Source of the DNA: a virus
Length of the DNA: 64,000 bases
IMG/VR virus record: IMGVR_UViG_3300009550_000008
Strand: one strand, 5' to 3'
Shown here: positions 59,334 through 64,000 of the stretch, one piece after another
How the letters are laid out: the number at the start of each line of letters is the position of its first letter
Position numbering within the stretch: position 1 is the first letter of the stretch
Made by a program: the position numbers and the translations under genes
The notes under the pieces: generated by a model
The model's database searches: none
What the model saw: only the letters and a program-made list of their open reading frames with translations
Told to the model about the DNA's origin: nothing

Positions 59334-59504
59334 ATGACCACAGCAGTTTTAAGAATTGCGAAGAGCATGGTGTCTGAAATCGAAAACTTGAGAAGATCAG
59401 AGATTGTATCAAAGCTAATCGATGGTGTAGAATTCATCACACTGTTAACTCTTCCAATATTGTTACCGATAGGAATAATGTACCTCGCAACTGCGGGATA
59501 TTGA
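59334..59504 (+). CDS. 56-aa membrane microprotein
   Basis: AGGA SD; C-terminal TM FITLLTLPILLPIGIMYLA. Confidence 0.6.
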   Translation: MTTAVLRIAKSMVSEIENLRRSEIVSKLIDGVEFITLLTLPILLPIGIMYLATAGY

Positions 59505-59527
59505 GGCTAGTTGTGGCATTTACAAAA

Positions 59528-59620
59528 ATGTCACGAAAATATTTACAACAACTTCAAGAGAAGGGGGAGGTAGTCTTACTCCTCCTGATCTTCTTCGCAT
59601 CGATTTGGGGCGTCTCATGA
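59528..59620 (+). CDS. 30-aa membrane microprotein
   Basis: MSRKYLQQLQEKGEVVLLLLIFFASIWGVS; ATGA overlap with the next ORF. Confidence 0.5.
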   Translation: MSRKYLQQLQEKGEVVLLLLIFFASIWGVS

Positions 59621-59730
59621 AACACTATATACTAGGTGGAATGATTAGTTTGTGCATGTTTTATATCTCGATTGGAGATATGGATAGAATGAGTCGTGCA
59701 GTCGAAAGAAGAGTAGAAGTAGTATCTTAA
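59617..59730 (+). CDS. 37-aa membrane microprotein
   Basis: MKHYILGGMISLCMFYISIGDMDRMSRAVERRVEVVS. Confidence 0.5.
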   Translation: MKHYILGGMISLCMFYISIGDMDRMSRAVERRVEVVS

Positions 59731-59840
59731 TCCCTTATTAATATATTCCCCTGCGGTAACATAATTATTTTATCATAGATTTCTCATCTGTAAAGGTGGT
59801 TTTCGAAGAAATTTCAAATTAAATAAATACTAAAAAGCCT

Positions 59841-59869
59841 CTTACAATATAGAGATTTTCTAGTATAAT
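59841..59869 (+). promoter_or_regulatory. Sigma70-type promoter CTTACA-17-TATAAT for gp55
   Basis: -10 ends 6 nt before the ATG; AT-rich UP-like tract upstream. Confidence 0.65.
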
Positions 59870-59875
59870 AGACAC

Positions 59876-60436
59876 ATGACTACTAAAAAAGACCCTAAAA
59901 AAGCAGAACACTATGTTAACAACAAAGAGTTCACACTAGCAGTCTCCGAGTATAACGCATCAGTTAAACTTGCAGAATCCAACGGGGAAGTCCCCCCAAG
60001 AATGACAGAATACATTGGTGAATGTATCTATAAAATTGCTACTCGATTATCGACTAGACCTAATTTTATTAACTACACATACCGAGACGAAATGATTTGT
60101 GATGCAATTGAAAACTGTATCCAATACATCGGTAACTTCAATACAGAAAAATCAAATAATGCATTTGCATATGTAACACAAATTTGTTACTACGCATTCC
60201 TACGAAGGATACAGAAGGAGAAGAAACAGGTATTCATCAAGCAGAAGTCCATCGAGGAATCAAATGTTACTATGGATGCATACACAACTATTGATGGTGA
60301 ACACGACCCTAATCTTACAAACACAAATGTAGAGTGGATGCAAGAACATATGAATCGGGTTGAGTACGAACCACGAAAATCAAAAAGAGCCAAGAAAGTA
60401 AAAAAGGAAACCAATCTAGAAAAATTCTCTAAATGA
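59876..60436 (+). CDS. gp55: Late-transcription sigma factor gp55
   Basis: HYVNNKEF, YIGEC..KIA..LS.RPNFINYTYR.EMI.DAIENC, AFAY.TQICYYAFLRRI.KEKKQ. Confidence 0.95.
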   Translation: MTTKKDPKKAEHYVNNKEFTLAVSEYNASVKLAESNGEVPPRMTEYIGECIYKIATRLSTRPNFINYTYRDEMICDAIENCIQYIGNFNTEKSNNAFAYVTQICYYAFLRRIQKEKKQVFIKQKSIEESNVTMDAYTTIDGEHDPNLTNTNVEWMQEHMNRVEYEPRKSKRAKKVKKETNLEKFSK

Positions 60437-60660
60437 CAATCAAAAGAATCCATGTAAATATGCATAAGATTCGTGCTAATAAAAAACACGGAACTAATGA
60501 ACCAGTTATTACGGTCAAAGAAGGTCGTAAGAATACATATGGACATGAGGTTGAAATTCTTGGGCCGAGCAAAGTAATATATGGTGGAAATGATAAACCG
60601 ATATTACCATGTGGTGCAAGAGTTGTAATTGAAACTGAATCAGAAGTGATTATAAAATGA
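60433..60660 (+). CDS. Conserved hypothetical phage protein (75 aa)
   Basis: IHVN.HKIRANKK....PVITVK, GPSKVIY, CGARVVIET. Confidence 0.7.
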   Translation: MTIKRIHVNMHKIRANKKHGTNEPVITVKEGRKNTYGHEVEILGPSKVIYGGNDKPILPCGARVVIETESEVIIK

Positions 60661-61724
60661 AGATAGCAATACTTAACGACACACACGCAGGTGTCCGAGG
60701 TGATATGCAGGCTATGTCTGATTACCAAGGACGATTTTATCAGGAAGTATTTTTCCCGTATCTAATTGAAAACGATATTAAACATATCATTCATCTAGGG
60801 GATTACTTTGATCGAAGGAAGTACATCAACTTCTCGTCTCTCAAAGCAAACAGAGAACACTTCATAAAACCTATGTTAGAAGCTGGTATCAGTATGGATT
60901 TGATTATTGGTAATCATGATACTTATTATAAGAATACCAATGATGTAAATGCACCTGATCTATTACTATTTGAATCCGACAACATTAGTATAATACAAGA
61001 ACCCGAAGTCAGAGAATACGATGGGTTGAATATTGCAATGAGTCCATGGATTAATAGTGATAACTACGCAGATTCCGTTGAGTTTTTAACTACATGTAAT
61101 GCACCTATTTGTATGGGTCATTTTGAATTTGAGGGTGCATTAATGATGCCCGGCATGACATGTCAACATGGATTAGATCATTCATATGTAAGTCGATTCG
61201 AAAAGGTTTACAGTGGTCACTTCCATCAGAAATCAAAATTTGCAAACATTCATTACCTTGGTTCACAAATGCAATTCACTTGGTCAGACTATGGAGATAA
61301 CAAATACTTCCATGTGTTTGATACATCAACAAGGGATATGCTTCCAGTTCCCAATCCAATTACTATATTCGAAAAGGTATTCTATGATGATACAAAAGAG
61401 TCATTTGAAACCATCGTTAATAAAGACTATAGTAATGTATCAGGAACATTCACAAAGGTAATTGTTGTTAACAAAGACAATCCTTATTGGTTCGATGCAT
61501 TCTTAGATAAGATACATGCAGCTTCTCCATTACATTTACAAGTAGTAGATGACCATAAACATATGGACTTGATGGATGATTCTGATGTGGAGAATGTTGA
61601 AGACACATTAACTATATTAAACAAGTATGTAGAAGGTATGGAGATACAAGGTAAGAAAAAGCCTCTTACCGATTTGATGACTTCATTGTATAATGAAGCA
61701 TTAGACGAACACACTTATCTATGA
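60657..61724 (+). CDS. gp47: Recombination nuclease gp47 (Mre11/SbcD-like)
   Basis: DTH.G, HLGD.FDRR, GNHD, GHFE, SGHFH. Confidence 0.95.
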   Translation: MKIAILNDTHAGVRGDMQAMSDYQGRFYQEVFFPYLIENDIKHIIHLGDYFDRRKYINFSSLKANREHFIKPMLEAGISMDLIIGNHDTYYKNTNDVNAPDLLLFESDNISIIQEPEVREYDGLNIAMSPWINSDNYADSVEFLTTCNAPICMGHFEFEGALMMPGMTCQHGLDHSYVSRFEKVYSGHFHQKSKFANIHYLGSQMQFTWSDYGDNKYFHVFDTSTRDMLPVPNPITIFEKVFYDDTKESFETIVNKDYSNVSGTFTKVIVVNKDNPYWFDAFLDKIHAASPLHLQVVDDHKHMDLMDDSDVENVEDTLTILNKYVEGMEIQGKKKPLTDLMTSLYNEALDEHTYL

Positions 61725-63436
61725 TAATATTTAAAGAAGTACGATATAAAAATTTACTTTCATCGGGAAACAAGTTTACCAAGATACCACTTAATTCCCA
61801 TCAGACTACTCTTGTACTAGGAGAGAACGGTGCTGGTAAATCAACATTATTAGATGCATTATGTTATGCATTATATGGTCGTGGGTTTCGTAACCTAAAG
61901 AAAGACCTTCTAATTAACTCAGTCAATCAAAAAGAATTATTAGTCGAACTCGATTTTACTATCGGGAGAAAAGACTACAAATTAATCCGTGGGGCAAAAC
62001 CAAATAAATTTGAAATTTGGTGTAATGACATTTTGTTAAATCAAGATGCAAGTGTCAGGGATTATCAAGACCATCTAGAATCGAACATACTCAAAATGAG
62101 TTATCGTTCTTTTACTCAGGTGGCAATCCTAGGGTCGGCAAACTTTACTCCGTTCATGCAACTTCGAGCAAAGGACAGAAGGAAGTTAGTCGAAGACCTT
62201 TTGGATATCACAATATTTACAACTATGATGCAGTTGTTGAGGAAACGAAAATCTAATCATGCATTAGATATCAAGGAAAATCAACATGAGATTGCAATTC
62301 TTGAAGAAAGGATTAATGGTCTTAATAGTCAACTTGATGCGCTTCGTGAAAATCGTGATGAAAAAATATACAAATTTGAAACTACCATTAATCAAACTCA
62401 AACCAACATAGACAAACTATTAGGAGAGGTTGATGAAAAGACGAAAAATGTGGTGGAGAAAACACGACTTATCTCGGATAAAGATTCTACGGAAACTAGA
62501 CTTAAACAAACAAATGACATGGAGACTCAACTCGAAAGAGCTCGAAAGAAAGCAATTGCAGACATTGAGTTCTACGAGAACAATGACAATTGTCCAACAT
62601 GCAAACAGGGATTAGACCATGAACACAAGCAGAAGCACATTCAGGAAAAAAATTCGAAGGTTACAGAGATCAAGGAAGCGTTGTCAACTCTCGAAGGACA
62701 AGTCTCAGATTTACATTCCGAAATTGAAAGAATCAACGGAGTCCAGTCAGAAATAGACGAGATACAAAGAGAGATAGGTCTTTCACAAACAGAGATCGTT
62801 TCTAATCAAAAGTATATCGGTAAGTTACAGAAAGAGATCAAAGAACTTGAACAAGAGCAAGAAGGTAATACTGATGCACATGAACAAGTAGAAAAGGCAG
62901 AGGATGATTTGCACATCTTAACTAAGAAGAAACAACATCTTGCTGACCATGGTCACTATCTAGAAATTGCAACTCTACTCTTAAGAGATCAGGGTGTAAA
63001 AGAAAAGATTATCAAACAGTATGTTCCTATCATGAATAAACTAATTAACAAGTATCTTGCACAATTAGAATTCTATGTTGGGTTTGAACTGGATGAAAGT
63101 TTTGATGAAACAATCAAGTCTAGATTCAGGGATGTATTTAAATATGAGAACTTCTCTCAAGGTGAAAAGATGAGAATCGATCTTGCATTACTATTCACTT
63201 GGAGAGCTGTTGCAAGAATGAAGAACTCAGTAAATACAAACCTTCTAGTATTGGATGAAGTATTCGACAGTTCCCTCGATGCATCAGGTACAGATGAATT
63301 CATGAAGATGTTGAATACACTTACAGAGAAGACAAATGCATTTATTATATCTCACAAAGGTGATATACTATACGATAAATTCGAACATGTAGTGAGGTTT
63401 GAGAAACATAAAAACTTCTCAAGAATAGCAGAATAA
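61721..63436 (+). CDS. gp46: Recombination ATPase gp46 (Rad50/SbcC-like)
   Basis: GENGAGKST, CPTCKQ zinc hook, FSQGEK, LDEVFDSSLD, ISH. Confidence 0.96.
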   Translation: MIIFKEVRYKNLLSSGNKFTKIPLNSHQTTLVLGENGAGKSTLLDALCYALYGRGFRNLKKDLLINSVNQKELLVELDFTIGRKDYKLIRGAKPNKFEIWCNDILLNQDASVRDYQDHLESNILKMSYRSFTQVAILGSANFTPFMQLRAKDRRKLVEDLLDITIFTTMMQLLRKRKSNHALDIKENQHEIAILEERINGLNSQLDALRENRDEKIYKFETTINQTQTNIDKLLGEVDEKTKNVVEKTRLISDKDSTETRLKQTNDMETQLERARKKAIADIEFYENNDNCPTCKQGLDHEHKQKHIQEKNSKVTEIKEALSTLEGQVSDLHSEIERINGVQSEIDEIQREIGLSQTEIVSNQKYIGKLQKEIKELEQEQEGNTDAHEQVEKAEDDLHILTKKKQHLADHGHYLEIATLLLRDQGVKEKIIKQYVPIMNKLINKYLAQLEFYVGFELDESFDETIKSRFRDVFKYENFSQGEKMRIDLALLFTWRAVARMKNSVNTNLLVLDEVFDSSLDASGTDEFMKMLNTLTEKTNAFIISHKGDILYDKFEHVVRFEKHKNFSRIAE

Positions 63437-63444
63437 TATAAATA
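63437..63444 (+). promoter_or_regulatory. T4-type late promoter TATAAATA
   Basis: Perfect consensus 5 nt before the ATG at 63450. Confidence 0.75.
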
Positions 63445-63449
63445 GTATT

Positions 63450-64000
63450 ATGAAAACATTTAGGGAATTACTAGACGAAAATAACAAAGAGGAAATCTCT
63501 AAGTTATTAAAAGACTTTAAACCTGATATCAAGGGAAAGAAGGCTATCGATTATAAAATCACATACGATAGACCATCAGATGTCCCAAATGATTTCGATA
63601 AACTAAAGAAACTTTTAGATAAACATGGTATTGGTTATGCAATGAATACCTCAAAGTCTTCTAAAGGTACAATTCAGATCGAAGGAGACGATGGTAATAA
63701 ACACAGAATCTTCTTTAAACCATCACAGAATGCAACCAAAGGCCCGTCAGGAGCTCAATGGGAATCAATTATTGCAGTAGGTGTAAACAAACTGAAAGGT
63801 AAGAACTGGGATGTCGGCCCTGAATGGGATGTTGCATCTAAGTTTTGGGAAGATTATGGTGGTATTGGTGAAACAATTGCAAAAGATTTTATTGCAAAAT
63901 TAGGTGTAGATAAATTAGAAGGAACTGGACAAAGTTCTGCTTCTCTAAATCCAAAATGGAAAGGAACAAATACCACACCTAAAACAGACATGAAATCCAG
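63450..64000 (+). CDS. Partial late ORF with a capsid-targeting-like N-terminus
   Basis: Own translation MKTFRELLDENNKEEISKLL...PSGAQWESII...TPKTDM, open to the window end. Confidence 0.65.
   Translation, partial: MKTFRELLDENNKEEISKLLKDFKPDIKGKKAIDYKITYDRPSDVPNDFDKLKKLLDKHGIGYAMNTSKSSKGTIQIEGDDGNKHRIFFKPSQNATKGPSGAQWESIIAVGVNKLKGKNWDVGPEWDVASKFWEDYGGIGETIAKDFIAKLGVDKLEGTGQSSASLNPKWKGTNTTPKTDMKS

Noticed and set aside
1-64000. tRNA/rRNA genes or stop-codon reassignment
   Set aside because: No cloverleaf or T-loop motif seen in the few intergenic gaps; core genes are full length in the standard code and use TAA, TAG and TGA stops.

Overview
AT-rich 64 kb segment of a T4-like myovirus, similar in gene order to marine T4-like phages. 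The host is probably Gram-negative, given kdsB and acpP. The window covers the baseplate/tail module (gp26/51, 54, 2, 4, 48, 53, 27-like, 5, 25, 6, 7, 8), a ~22 kb fibre/accessory region (19.4-41.4 kb), the neck-packaging-head module (gp13-gp23, gp3) and the start of the recombination/transcription module (uvsY, uvsW, gp55, gp47, gp46). The main find is a mirror-coded fibre system. Two translationally coupled Pro/Gln/Tyr repeat proteins (34624-35910 and 35910-36602) carry 23 repeat units each, and the 8/10-residue length pattern of one is the exact reverse of the other, with residue-level complementarity. A non-splicing Hint domain sits where the two chains would meet. A single-chain paralog (27508-28962) has the same pairing code as an internal palindrome. 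A glycosyltransferase and 2OG-Fe(II) oxygenases follow directly. Other signals are a probable -1 frameshift fusing gp26 to gp51, seven apparently leaderless late genes, a late kdsB/HAD cassette, cupredoxin-like sites in virion proteins, and strong codon-pair bias at Pro-Gly and Gly-Pro. All product calls come from motif recognition and gene order; no searches were run.
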